DNA from: Acidobacteriota bacterium
Lineage (GTDB): Bacteria > Acidobacteriota > Polarisedimenticolia > Gp22-AA2
Direction of reading: 5' to 3'
DNA length: 64,000 bases
Assembly (NCBI GenBank): GCA_003223135.1
Contig: QHXX01000038.1
Span: forward strand, 27,672-91,671
Below the pieces are notes generated by a model, which was not told the origin of the DNA, did no database searches, and saw only the letters and a list, made by a program, of their open reading frames with translations. Positions within the stretch are counted from its first letter, which is position 1. Every line of letters starts with the position of its first letter. Below are positions 9,761-18,093 of this stretch, one piece after another. A program made the translations under genes and the position numbers.

Positions 9761-10477
9761 TCAATATAAGGTGGGCCGCGTCCCGAGGCCATCGGCCCGC
9801 GCCCGGCGGCGCCGCAGCGCGGCGTACCGGCAGCCCGCTCGGAGCGGGCATTGTGGGCAGGCGGGGGCGCGCGCCCGGCAGACCCTGCGCCCCAGCGTGA
9901 TCAAGTTGACATGGGCCGTCAAGTAGCGCGTCTTTGGGATCAGGTCCGCCAGAACCGCGTGTGTCTTCGCGGGTGTCGCATCGGCGGAGACCCACCCCAG
10001 GCGGCGGGCCACTCTGTGAATGTGCGTGTCGACGGGAAACGCGGGCTGGCCGCAGGCGAACAGCAGGACGCAGCAGGCCGTCTTCTCTCCCACTCCCTTC
10101 AGTCCGCGCAGGTAGGCTTTCGCCTCTCCGACGGGCAGGCTCTTCAGGGAAGCGAGATCCAGGCGCCCATGGTCGCGGAGGATCCTTCGCAGGACCGCCT
10201 GGATGACTCCGCTCTTGGTCCGTGCCAGTCCGCCGACGCGGATCGATTCCTCGACGTCCGAGGGAGATGCCCGCAACGCCTCCTCCCACCGCGGAAAAGC
10301 GCGGCGCAGCGAGGCATAGGCCCTGTCACGGTTCACGTCGCTCGTGTGTTGCGACAGGATCGTCAGGATGAGCTCGTCGAGGGGCGAAAAGCGCCGGCCG
10401 AGGCGCGGGCGCCCGAAGACCGTCTCGAGCCGTTCAAGCTCGCGCTTCACCCTCCTGCGCAAAGCACCTTCCTGCAT
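9761..10477 (-). CDS. nth: endonuclease III (DNA glycosylase/AP lyase)
   Basis: HhH-GPD motif LKGVGEKTA, 4Fe-4S cluster ligands C-x6-C-x2-C-x5-C (CRARAPACPQCPLRAGC); internal ATG of ORF 9761..11563, whose N-terminal 360 aa is a GC-frame artefact. Confidence 0.9.
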   Translation of the reverse strand: MQEGALRRRVKRELERLETVFGRPRLGRRFSPLDELILTILSQHTSDVNRDRAYASLRRAFPRWEEALRASPSDVEESIRVGGLARTKSGVIQAVLRRILRDHGRLDLASLKSLPVGEAKAYLRGLKGVGEKTACCVLLFACGQPAFPVDTHIHRVARRLGWVSADATPAKTHAVLADLIPKTRYLTAHVNLITLGRRVCRARAPACPQCPLRAGCRYAALRRRRARADGLGTRPTLY

Positions 10478-10533
10478 CACCGATCCGCTCCCGGTGGCCC
10501 GCCCAGGGGCCCGTCCCCTACTCGGACCGGCCC

Positions 10534-11001
10534 CTACCGCGCCGAGGGCGAGGGGAGCTGCGTGAACCGGCCGTCGGTCATCACCATGTCGTCGGCGCTT
10601 CCGGTTCGTCCGTCGGCCCCCGGGCTCGTGAGCGTGAAGCTCCGGGTGTCCGATTGATACACCAGGGTGTTTCCCCAGGCGTCGACGGTGGCGGCCGAGG
10701 GCAGAAACGCCGGCACGAGCGCCGCAGTGGCTTCCTGAATCGAGCTCCCCTGTGGGTATCCCCCGTGGTCCATCGCGTACGTCGTGAGCGCCTTGCCGAT
10801 CGTTTCCATCGTCCCGCGGGTGCCGATCACTTTCCCCTGGTCGATGGCGTGCAGCACGTCCTGCGCCGCCTGTTCTCCCGCCCGGCCGCACGCCGTCGAG
10901 AAGAGAAGGGCCGAGATGAGGACGGAGATCGAGGTCGGGAGCGGAACGGCCGCCGCGACCCGGTCCGGTCGGCGCGACGGCTCTGCGGTCCTCGGACGCA
11001 T
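10534..11001 (-). CDS. secreted protein with T2SS GspG-like C-terminal pseudopilin domain but no prepilin leader
   Basis: DAWGNTLVYQSDTRSFTLTSPGADGRTGS resembles the GspG C-domain (DPWGNPY..Y...G.DG); N-terminus has a hydrophobic segment ISVLISALLFSTAC (possible lipobox) instead of a G-FTLIE prepilin site. GGGAGG RBS 7 nt upstream of ATG. Confidence 0.4.
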   Translation of the reverse strand: MRPRTAEPSRRPDRVAAAVPLPTSISVLISALLFSTACGRAGEQAAQDVLHAIDQGKVIGTRGTMETIGKALTTYAMDHGGYPQGSSIQEATAALVPAFLPSAATVDAWGNTLVYQSDTRSFTLTSPGADGRTGSADDMVMTDGRFTQLPSPSAR

Positions 11002-11134
11002 GAATGGACCTCCCTGGGATCGAAGGAGCGGATCCGGTCGAAACGCCACCGGATTGTAGCGGATCCCCGGCGCCGGGGAGCGGCCGCCGGACAGGTCGGA
11101 CCCCTGTGGTAAGATTCGCACGAGGCTCCGTCCA

Positions 11135-11797
11135 TTGGGGAACCCGCCAGAGCAGGACGACCCGTACGCCGGCGAGCGCGTGCGGATGGTCCGGGAGCAG
11201 ATCGAGCGGCGCGGGGTCTCGGACCCGAGGGTCCTGCGGGCGATGGAGTCGGTGCCGCGCCACCTGTTCGTGCCGGAGTCCTTCCGCACCAGCGCACATG
11301 ACGACGGGCCGCTGCCGATCGGAGAGGGGCAGACCATTTCCCAGCCGTACATCGTGGCGTTCATGAGCGAGGCGATCCGCCCCCGCCCGACCGACCGCGT
11401 GCTCGAAATCGGGACCGGCTCCGGGTACCAGGCCGCCGTACTGTCGCGCCTGGTGCAGCACGTCGACACGATCGAGGTCCGGCCCAGGCTGGCGGACATG
11501 GCACGCCAACGCCTGCGGGAGCTCGGCTTCGCCAACGTGACCGTGCGGGTCGGCGACGGTCACCGCGGCTTGCCGGAGCAGGCGCCGTTCGACGCGATCG
11601 TCGTGACGGCCGCGCCGCAGGACGTCCCGCCGGCGCTGCTCCAGCAGCTCGCCGTCGGCGGGCGGCTGGTCATCCCGCTCGGGACCCTCGATCAGGAGCT
11701 GGTTCGCGTGACACGCCGCGAGGATGGCACCGATCGGGAGTTCCTTCTCCCGGTTCGCTTCGTGCCACTGACGCGGGAGGCGAGGCGTCCGGACTAG
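11135..11797 (+). CDS. pcm: protein-L-isoaspartate O-methyltransferase
   Basis: VPRHLFVPE, GEGQTISQPYIVA, SAM motif LEIGTGSGYQAA; ORF-track start is TTG at 11135, alternative ATG at 11186 (MVREQIERRG). Confidence 0.9.
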   Translation: MGNPPEQDDPYAGERVRMVREQIERRGVSDPRVLRAMESVPRHLFVPESFRTSAHDDGPLPIGEGQTISQPYIVAFMSEAIRPRPTDRVLEIGTGSGYQAAVLSRLVQHVDTIEVRPRLADMARQRLRELGFANVTVRVGDGHRGLPEQAPFDAIVVTAAPQDVPPALLQQLAVGGRLVIPLGTLDQELVRVTRREDGTDREFLLPVRFVPLTREARRPD

Positions 11798-11854
11798 GGG
11801 CCGGCCCGGCTGCCGGGAAGGGCCGGGTCGCCGGGACTTTCATCAGGAGAGCGC

Positions 11855-13285
11855 ATGGCGAAGGTCATCACCCCGCGGCAGGAGGATTACTCGCGCTGGT
11901 ACACCGACGTGATCATCCAGTCCCAGATGGCCGACTATTCGCCTGTCAAGGGATGCATGGTCATCCGGCCGCTGGGGTACGCGCTGTGGGAGGCGATCCA
12001 GCGGGAGCTCGACGCGCGCTTCAAGGAGACCGGCCACGAGAACGCTTACTTCCCTCTCTTCATCCCCGAGTCCTTCCTGCACAAGGAGGCCGAGCACGTC
12101 GCCGGGTTCGCGCCCGAACTCGCCGTGGTGACGCACGGCGGAGGCAAGGAGCTGGAGGAGGCCCTGATTGTCCGCCCGACCTCGGAAACCATCATCTACG
12201 CCATGTTCGCCAAATGGATCCGCTCCTACCGCGACCTGCCGGTCCTGATCAACCAGTGGGCCAACGTCGTCCGATGGGAGATGCGCACGCGGCTGTTCCT
12301 GCGCACGACCGAGTTCCTCTGGCAGGAGGGACACACGGCGCACGTCTCCGAGGCCGAAGCCGAGGAGGAGGCGCTGACGATCCTGGAGATCTACCGGCGC
12401 TTCGCCGAGGAGCACATGGCGATCCCGGTCTACACCGGCGTGAAGACCGAGAGCGAGAGGTTCGCGGGGGCCCTGCGCACCTACAGCATCGAGGCGCTCA
12501 TGCAGGACAAGAAGGCGCTGCAGGCCGGCACGTCCCATAACCTTGGTCAGAACTTCGCGAAGGCGTTCGAGGTGAAGTACCAGACCAAGGACGGGACCTG
12601 GGAGCACGTCTGGTCGACGTCGTGGGGCGTGAGCACGCGCCTCGTCGGCGCCCTGGTGATGGCCCACGGCGACGACAACGGCGTGAGCTTCCCGCCGCGT
12701 CTCGCGCCGCTGCAAGTCGTGATCGTGCCGATCTGGAAGACCGACGAGGAGAAGTCGCGCATCGCCGAGGCCGCACGCCTGGCGGCCGAGGAGCTGAAGG
12801 GGGCCTGCCGCGTCAAGGTCGACCTGCGCGACGAGGTGTCGCCCGGCTGGAAGTTCAACGAGTGGGAGCTGAAGGGCGTGCCGCTGCGTCTCGAGATCGG
12901 CCCACGGGACCTCGAGAAGAACCAGTTCACGGCCGTGCGCCGCCTCGACCGGCGCAAGACCGCGGTGCCTCGCGACGGTCTTCTGGCGCACGTCGGTCCG
13001 CTGCTCGAGGAGATCCAGGCCGACATGCTCGAGAAGGGACGCGCGTTCCTGCGGGAGAACACGCGCGACGCGAAGAGCTACGACGAGCTCAAGCGCGGCC
13101 TCGAGGAAACGGGCGGCTTCTTCCGCGCCCACTGGTGCGGGTCGGCCGACTGCGAGAAGCGGATCAAGGACGAGACCAAGGCGACCATCCGCTGTATCCC
13201 GCTCGAAGGCAACCGGGAGGACGGCACGTGTCTGCGCTGCAACGGCGCGTCCAGACGCTGGGTCTACTTCGCGCGATCGTACTGA
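11855..13285 (+). CDS. proS: proline--tRNA ligase (archaeal/eukaryotic-type class II)
   Basis: Full-length ProRS hallmarks: class II motifs, C-terminal Zn-binding CGSADCE...C..C; AGGAGAG RBS. Confidence 0.95.
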   Translation: MAKVITPRQEDYSRWYTDVIIQSQMADYSPVKGCMVIRPLGYALWEAIQRELDARFKETGHENAYFPLFIPESFLHKEAEHVAGFAPELAVVTHGGGKELEEALIVRPTSETIIYAMFAKWIRSYRDLPVLINQWANVVRWEMRTRLFLRTTEFLWQEGHTAHVSEAEAEEEALTILEIYRRFAEEHMAIPVYTGVKTESERFAGALRTYSIEALMQDKKALQAGTSHNLGQNFAKAFEVKYQTKDGTWEHVWSTSWGVSTRLVGALVMAHGDDNGVSFPPRLAPLQVVIVPIWKTDEEKSRIAEAARLAAEELKGACRVKVDLRDEVSPGWKFNEWELKGVPLRLEIGPRDLEKNQFTAVRRLDRRKTAVPRDGLLAHVGPLLEEIQADMLEKGRAFLRENTRDAKSYDELKRGLEETGGFFRAHWCGSADCEKRIKDETKATIRCIPLEGNREDGTCLRCNGASRRWVYFARSY

Positions 13286-14334
13286 TCGCGACCCTCCTCC
13301 CGCGGGTCGAGATCTACGCCGACGGCGCGCTGCTGTCCGTCCTGGAGCGCCCGCCCTTCACGTTGACCTGGGATGCCGGCAGCGGGTTCGTCCGGAAGAC
13401 ACTGCGCGCCGTCGCCATCGACTCCCTCGGCCGCCGCGGAGAGACGACCCTCGTCGCCCGCCCCATCTATATCGGCCAGTACGAGGAAGTCCGACTGGTC
13501 AACGTCTATGCCACGGTCCGCGACAGGAAGGGGAACCCCGTACGCAACCTGTCGCGCGACGATTTCAGCCTCCTCGAGGACGGCGTGCCGCAGACGCTGA
13601 CCCACTTCACTTCCGCGAAAGTGCCGCTCACCATCGCCCTCCTCATCGACGCCAGCAACAGCATGAACCTGGGCGGCAAGATCGAGCTGGCCCGGAAGGC
13701 CGCGGTGGACTTCGCGGAGAGCGTGGATCCCGAGGACCGCCTGATGGTCCTGTCGTTCGACGACCAGCTGGAGGGTCCCGACGTCCCGATGGCCGACCGG
13801 AGCGCGATCAAGACGAGGATCGAGGCGATCCGGGCGCGCGGCGGCACCGCGCTGTACGACGCGGTGTACCGCGCGGCCGAGCGGCTGGCCGGGGTGGAGG
13901 GTCGGCGCGTGATCGTGCTGTTGTCCGACGGCCGCGATCAGGCCCTCACCGACAACGAGCCCGGGAGCCTGCACCTGTTCGAGGAGGCGCTGGAAAGGGC
14001 GCACCGTTCCGAGGTCTCGGTTTACGCCATCGGTCTCGGGCGTCACCTTGATACCGAGCTGGATCTGCGCCACGAGCGCAGTCTCATGGACATTCTCGAC
14101 ACGCTGGCGCGCACCAGCGGCGGCCGTTCCTACTATCCGGAGCGGGCGGGACAACTCTCGGGCATCTACAAACAGATCGCCGCCGATCTGAAAGCCCAGT
14201 ACACCCTGGCCTACAGTTCGACCCATCGCGCCCGCGACGGGGCGTGGCGGGCCATCAGTCTCAAGGTGAAGGATCCCGACCTGGAGGTGCAGGCGCGAGC
14301 CGGCTACTACGCTCCGGGCACGCCGGCGCGCTGA
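13228..14334 (+). CDS. secreted VWA (von Willebrand factor A) domain protein
   Basis: VWA MIDAS motif LLIDASNSM, DRLMVLSFDD, LYDAVY, VIVLLSDGRD; N-terminal signal-like VSALQRRVQTLGLLRAIVLIATLLP from GTG at 13228 (overlaps proS 3' end by 58 nt; start uncertain). Confidence 0.75.
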   Translation: MSALQRRVQTLGLLRAIVLIATLLPRVEIYADGALLSVLERPPFTLTWDAGSGFVRKTLRAVAIDSLGRRGETTLVARPIYIGQYEEVRLVNVYATVRDRKGNPVRNLSRDDFSLLEDGVPQTLTHFTSAKVPLTIALLIDASNSMNLGGKIELARKAAVDFAESVDPEDRLMVLSFDDQLEGPDVPMADRSAIKTRIEAIRARGGTALYDAVYRAAERLAGVEGRRVIVLLSDGRDQALTDNEPGSLHLFEEALERAHRSEVSVYAIGLGRHLDTELDLRHERSLMDILDTLARTSGGRSYYPERAGQLSGIYKQIAADLKAQYTLAYSSTHRARDGAWRAISLKVKDPDLEVQARAGYYAPGTPAR

Positions 14335-14347
14335 GCGAGGAAGGGTT

Positions 14348-14656
14348 CTACGCGCCGCTCCCGGACACGGCGGCCCCCGGTCGGGGGCGGCGGATCAGCA
14401 TCAGATTGCGCACGTAGATCAAGACCCCCGCCGATTGCCCGACGGTGATCACGATGTCCTGCCGGTACCAGAAGGCGTAGACGAACAGAATGAGACTGCC
14501 CGCAAGGCTCAGGTACCAGAACGCCACGGGGACGGTGGTCTCCTTGCGACGCTCCGAGGCGAGCCACTGCACGATGAAGCGCAGGCCGAAGAGGATCTGT
14601 CCCAGCATGCCGAACAGCACCCAGCCGTTCACGTGCAGCAGGCGTTCAAACATCAT
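14348..14656 (-). CDS. lipid-A-disaccharide synthase N-terminal (LAB_N) domain small membrane protein
   Basis: About 100 aa, three TM helices, WYRQD motif (FVYAFWYRQDIVITVGQ) typical of LAB_N proteins that partner GT2 polyprenyl-phosphate glycosyltransferases; overlaps GT2 stop by 11 nt. Confidence 0.6.
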   Translation of the reverse strand: MMFERLLHVNGWVLFGMLGQILFGLRFIVQWLASERRKETTVPVAFWYLSLAGSLILFVYAFWYRQDIVITVGQSAGVLIYVRNLMLIRRPRPGAAVSGSGA

Positions 14657-15377
14657 CCTTCACCTCGTAGCGCAGCTTGCGCCGCTTCATCCAGCGCACG
14701 GCGAGCAAGTCCATGAACGACGGCAGGAGCCGGTTGCCGATGCCGTACTTCGATTCACCGTGGCGGCGGGGCCGGTGCCCGACCGGAACTTCCATCACCC
14801 GGAACCCTTCCATCTTCAGTAGCGTCGGCAGGAAGCGGTGCAACCCGTCGTAGAGCACCAGACGCTGGAGAGCCGCCCGGCGGAACGCCTTGAGCGAGCA
14901 GCCGGTATCGGTGATTCTCTCGTCACTCAGCCGGTTGCGCACGTAGTTGGCGACCCTCGACGAAACGCGCCGCACCAGGTTGTCCTCGCGTGTCCGGCGC
15001 ACGCCCACGACCGCATCCGTACCTTTGAGCGCCTCGAGCAGACGCGGGATGTCGGTCGGGTCATTCTGGAGATCCGCGTCGAGCGTCACCACCACGTCGC
15101 CCCGCGCGCTCCTGAAGCCGGCATCCATGGCCGCCGACTGTCCGGCGTTCCTGGCGAAGGTGACGACCCGGACGCGCGGATCGGCGTCGCGCAGCCCCCG
15201 CAGCACGGTGTCGCTGCCGTCGGTCGAACCGTCGTCGACGAACAGGATCTCGTATCCGTTGCCGAAGGACTTCAAGACGTCCGTGATCTCCCTGTGGAGG
15301 ACGGGGAGGTTGTCGCGCTCGTTGTAGACGGGGATGACCAGGGAGAGCCCGACGGATCTCGTCGTCCCGCCGCTCAC
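14646..15377 (-). CDS. GT2 polyprenol-phosphate glycosyltransferase (ArnC/DPM1-like)
   Basis: LSLVIPVYNERDNL, DDGSTDGS, DAD..NDP (DXD), C-terminal TM; classic ArnC-like architecture. Confidence 0.85.
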   Translation of the reverse strand: MSGGTTRSVGLSLVIPVYNERDNLPVLHREITDVLKSFGNGYEILFVDDGSTDGSDTVLRGLRDADPRVRVVTFARNAGQSAAMDAGFRSARGDVVVTLDADLQNDPTDIPRLLEALKGTDAVVGVRRTREDNLVRRVSSRVANYVRNRLSDERITDTGCSLKAFRRAALQRLVLYDGLHRFLPTLLKMEGFRVMEVPVGHRPRRHGESKYGIGNRLLPSFMDLLAVRWMKRRKLRYEVKDDV

Positions 15378-15378
15378 G

Positions 15379-16011
15379 CTAATTGAATATCCAGAAGCGG
15401 CGGAGGCGGCTCATCAGGCGGTGCCGCGCCGACTCCGCCTCTGTCAGGAGCTCGGGCGCCAGACGCGATTTCCACTTAAGGACGGCCGCGTCGTCGATGC
15501 GCCGGAGGATCGGGAACAGGAAGCGCGCGCCCAGGCCCGCGGGGTCGAAGCAGAACGAGGCGTTGAAGTCGATGATGCACGGCCGGCCGTCTTCGGTGAT
15601 CAGGATGTTGTCGCGCTTGCGCAGGTCGATGTGGGCGACGCCGCGCGCGTGGATCTGCCCCACCAGGGTCCGGAGCCTGTCGAACATGGGAGCGGTCTCC
15701 GCGCGTTTCCGGCGGCACCAGCGGGTGATCCACTCCCCCTCGATCGGCTCCATCAGGATGCCACAGGCACCGGCCTCGCCGAAGCATCTCGGGATGCCGG
15801 CGATCCCCTGCAACCGGCGGAGGGCCCGCATCTCCCGGGCCACCTGGCGGCGGCCGAGCAGGCGCACCGGCCAGGACTTGTCGGAAAAGTCCTTCAGGAC
15901 GGCGCGGTCACCCGCGTACCCCACGCACTTGATGTCGGGTTTGGCCCAGCTCCCCTGCCGGATGACCTGGATCGTGAGCGGGGTAGCGGCGGCCTCGAGC
16001 GTCTCGGCCAT
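15379..16011 (-). CDS. small Kdo/WaaP/RIO-like protein kinase family protein (paralogue 1)
   Basis: LKDFSDKSWP (Lys motif), catalytic loop HARGVAHIDLRKRDNILI, IIDFNAS (DFG-like); 1 nt upstream of GT2 start, so it heads the kinase-GT2-LAB_N operon. Confidence 0.55.
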   Translation of the reverse strand: MAETLEAAATPLTIQVIRQGSWAKPDIKCVGYAGDRAVLKDFSDKSWPVRLLGRRQVAREMRALRRLQGIAGIPRCFGEAGACGILMEPIEGEWITRWCRRKRAETAPMFDRLRTLVGQIHARGVAHIDLRKRDNILITEDGRPCIIDFNASFCFDPAGLGARFLFPILRRIDDAAVLKWKSRLAPELLTEAESARHRLMSRLRRFWIFN

Positions 16012-16085
16012 CGGCGGTCCTGTGCTATTCTCCGGCGTCAGAAAAGGACGTTCATCTTACCATAGCCGCTCACGGGGCACCGGTC

Positions 16086-16790
16086 ATGGCCTTTCGCCGA
16101 GAGCACGCCGGGTCGACGGCCCGGGCCCACGCCGACGCGACGATTGTGCTGGCTCGTGAACGCCTCGCTTCTCTCCCGCGCCGCAGACTGCACGGCGGAC
16201 GGAATTTCACCAAGGCGGTCGTTGACCTGGTCGAGATCGATGGGCGCACCATCATCCTGAAGGACATCGCCTCCCGTCCCTGGCCCGTGCGCCTGCTCCT
16301 CGGTCCGTGGCAGCTCGACCGCGAGGGGCGCGCCTATCGCGCACTGGCCGGGGTACGCGGCACCCCCGCCTTCGTGGCCAGGATCGACCGGCAGGCGATC
16401 GCGCTCGAGTACGTCCCGGGCCGGAGCCTGGCCTCGTACCGGCGGGGGGAGCTGAAGGCCGACTTCTTCGACCGCCTGGACCGCCTCCTGGACGATATCC
16501 ACGCGCGCGGCGTGGCGCACGGCGATCTGCACCGGCACGACGTCCTGGCCGGCCCCGGCGGCGAACCGTACCTGGTCGATTTCTCCACCTCGATGGTCGC
16601 GCCTCACGGGGCCGGGGCGCTGGCGCGATTTCTGTTCCGCCAGATGTGCCGGGCCGACCGTCGCTCCGCCGCCAAGCTCAGACAGCGGTTCCTCCCCGGC
16701 AGCCGCGCGCCCGTGCCGGAGCGCTCCGGTCTGTACCGCGTCGGCGGCTGGGCGCGGCGTATCGCCGATCGGTTCCGGCGTTCGCGGTAG
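16086..16790 (+). CDS. small Kdo/WaaP/RIO-like kinase-family protein (paralogue 2, catalytic Asn replaced)
   Basis: Clear paralogue of 15379..16011 (LKDIASRPWPVRLL; HARGVAHGDLHRHDVLAG; LVDFSTS) but the Asn of HxDLxxxN is Val; divergently transcribed from paralogue 1 across a 74-bp spacer. Confidence 0.55.
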   Translation: MAFRREHAGSTARAHADATIVLARERLASLPRRRLHGGRNFTKAVVDLVEIDGRTIILKDIASRPWPVRLLLGPWQLDREGRAYRALAGVRGTPAFVARIDRQAIALEYVPGRSLASYRRGELKADFFDRLDRLLDDIHARGVAHGDLHRHDVLAGPGGEPYLVDFSTSMVAPHGAGALARFLFRQMCRADRRSAAKLRQRFLPGSRAPVPERSGLYRVGGWARRIADRFRRSR

Positions 16791-16887
16791 GAGCCTGTCC
16801 GGGTTCCAGGAGCGGACGAATTCGCGCACCGCCGCTGTTATAATCCCGTCGGGCTTCATGGACCGACCGCGGGAGAGACGGTATTCC

Positions 16888-17343
16888 ATGATCAAGGACG
16901 TCCGCACGAAGATCCTCAAGGTCATCCCGGACGAGCGCGGCCGTCTCATGGAGACCTTGCGCTCCGACGACGACATGTTCACCAAGTTCGGCCAGGCGTA
17001 CATCACCACCGCCTATCCCGGCGTCGTGAAGGGATGGCACTATCACAAGATCCAGGTTGACAACTTCATCGGCGTGAAGGGGATGTTCAAGGTCGTCCTG
17101 TACGACACTCGCGAGGGCTCGCCGACACGCGGCGAAATCAACGAGTTCTTCCTGGGCGTGCACAATCCGATGCTCGTGCAGATCCCGCGGCTGGTCCTGC
17201 ACGGCTTCAAGGCGATCGGGACGGAAGAGGCGATCATGCTCAATCTGCCGACGGAACTCTACCGTCACGACGCCCCCGACGAGTACCGGGTCGACCCCCA
17301 CGACCCCGACGTCCCCTACGACTGGGCGCTGAAGGAGAGATAG
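16888..17343 (+). CDS. RmlC-family cupin (dTDP-4-dehydrorhamnose 3,5-epimerase-like or 3,4-ketoisomerase-like), short form
   Basis: GWHYHK, SPTRGE, IPRLVLHGFKAIG cupin motifs; ATG at 16888 has GGGAGAG RBS; ATG at 16858 lies only about 12 nt after a TATAAT hexamer (about 16839-16844) and is less likely. Confidence 0.6.
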   Translation: MIKDVRTKILKVIPDERGRLMETLRSDDDMFTKFGQAYITTAYPGVVKGWHYHKIQVDNFIGVKGMFKVVLYDTREGSPTRGEINEFFLGVHNPMLVQIPRLVLHGFKAIGTEEAIMLNLPTELYRHDAPDEYRVDPHDPDVPYDWALKER

Positions 17344-17345
17344 AC

Positions 17346-18089
17346 ATGAAGGGAGTCATTCTGGCGGGGGGCCTGGGGACGCGACTGCATCCTCTGACCA
17401 AGATCACCAACAAGCACCTCCTGCCGATCTACGATCGGCCGATGATCCACTACCCGCTCATGACTCTGGTGGATGCAGGCGTCCGCGACATCCTCATCGT
17501 CACCGGGGGAAATCACGCCGGCGAGTTCCTGCGCCTCCTGGGGAACGGCCGCGAGTTCGGCCTCGACGACATCGCGTACACGTACCAGGAGGGCGAGGGC
17601 GGGATCGCCGACGCCCTGTCCCTGGCAAGCCACTTCGCGGACGGCGAAAAGATCGTGGTGATCCTGGGCGACAACATCATCGAGGGAGACATCCGGAAGC
17701 CGGTGGATGCGTTCAGGGCGCAGCCGAAGGGGGCGCGCCTGCTCCTCAAGAAGGTGCCCGACCCCGGCCGCTTCGGCGTGCCGGAGCTGCGTGACGGGCG
17801 AATCGTTTCGATCGAGGAGAAGCCAAAGAGCCCGAAGTCGGACTACGCCGTCATCGGCATCTACATGTACGACGCCAGGGTGTTCGACATCGTCTCGACG
17901 CTCGAGCCGTCGGCCCGCGGCGAGCTCGAGATCACCGACGTCAACAATGCCTATCTGGAACGCGGGGAGCTGGAGCACGACATCCTCGAAGGGTGGTGGA
18001 CCGATGCCGGCACGTTCGAGTCGCTGTTCCGCGCCAACCAGCTCGTGCGCGAGAAGATGATCGAAAAGCTGACGGCGCGGATCGGCTGA
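17346..18089 (+). CDS. rmlA: glucose-1-phosphate thymidylyltransferase-type sugar nucleotidyltransferase (short RmlA form)
   Basis: MKGVILAGGLGTRLHPLT (GxGTRL), KPMI..P, nucleotidyltransferase fold; tight spacing to the RmlC-like gene and rmlB. Confidence 0.8.
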   Translation: MKGVILAGGLGTRLHPLTKITNKHLLPIYDRPMIHYPLMTLVDAGVRDILIVTGGNHAGEFLRLLGNGREFGLDDIAYTYQEGEGGIADALSLASHFADGEKIVVILGDNIIEGDIRKPVDAFRAQPKGARLLLKKVPDPGRFGVPELRDGRIVSIEEKPKSPKSDYAVIGIYMYDARVFDIVSTLEPSARGELEITDVNNAYLERGELEHDILEGWWTDAGTFESLFRANQLVREKMIEKLTARIG

Positions 18090-18093
18090 CCCG

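Noticed and set aside
9761-11563. 600-aa ORF suggesting a large N-terminal extension on endonuclease III.
   Set aside because: Only the C-terminal 238 aa have Nth features. The upstream 360 aa are low-complexity and overlap the GspG-like gene in another frame. The internal ATG at 10477 was used as the start.
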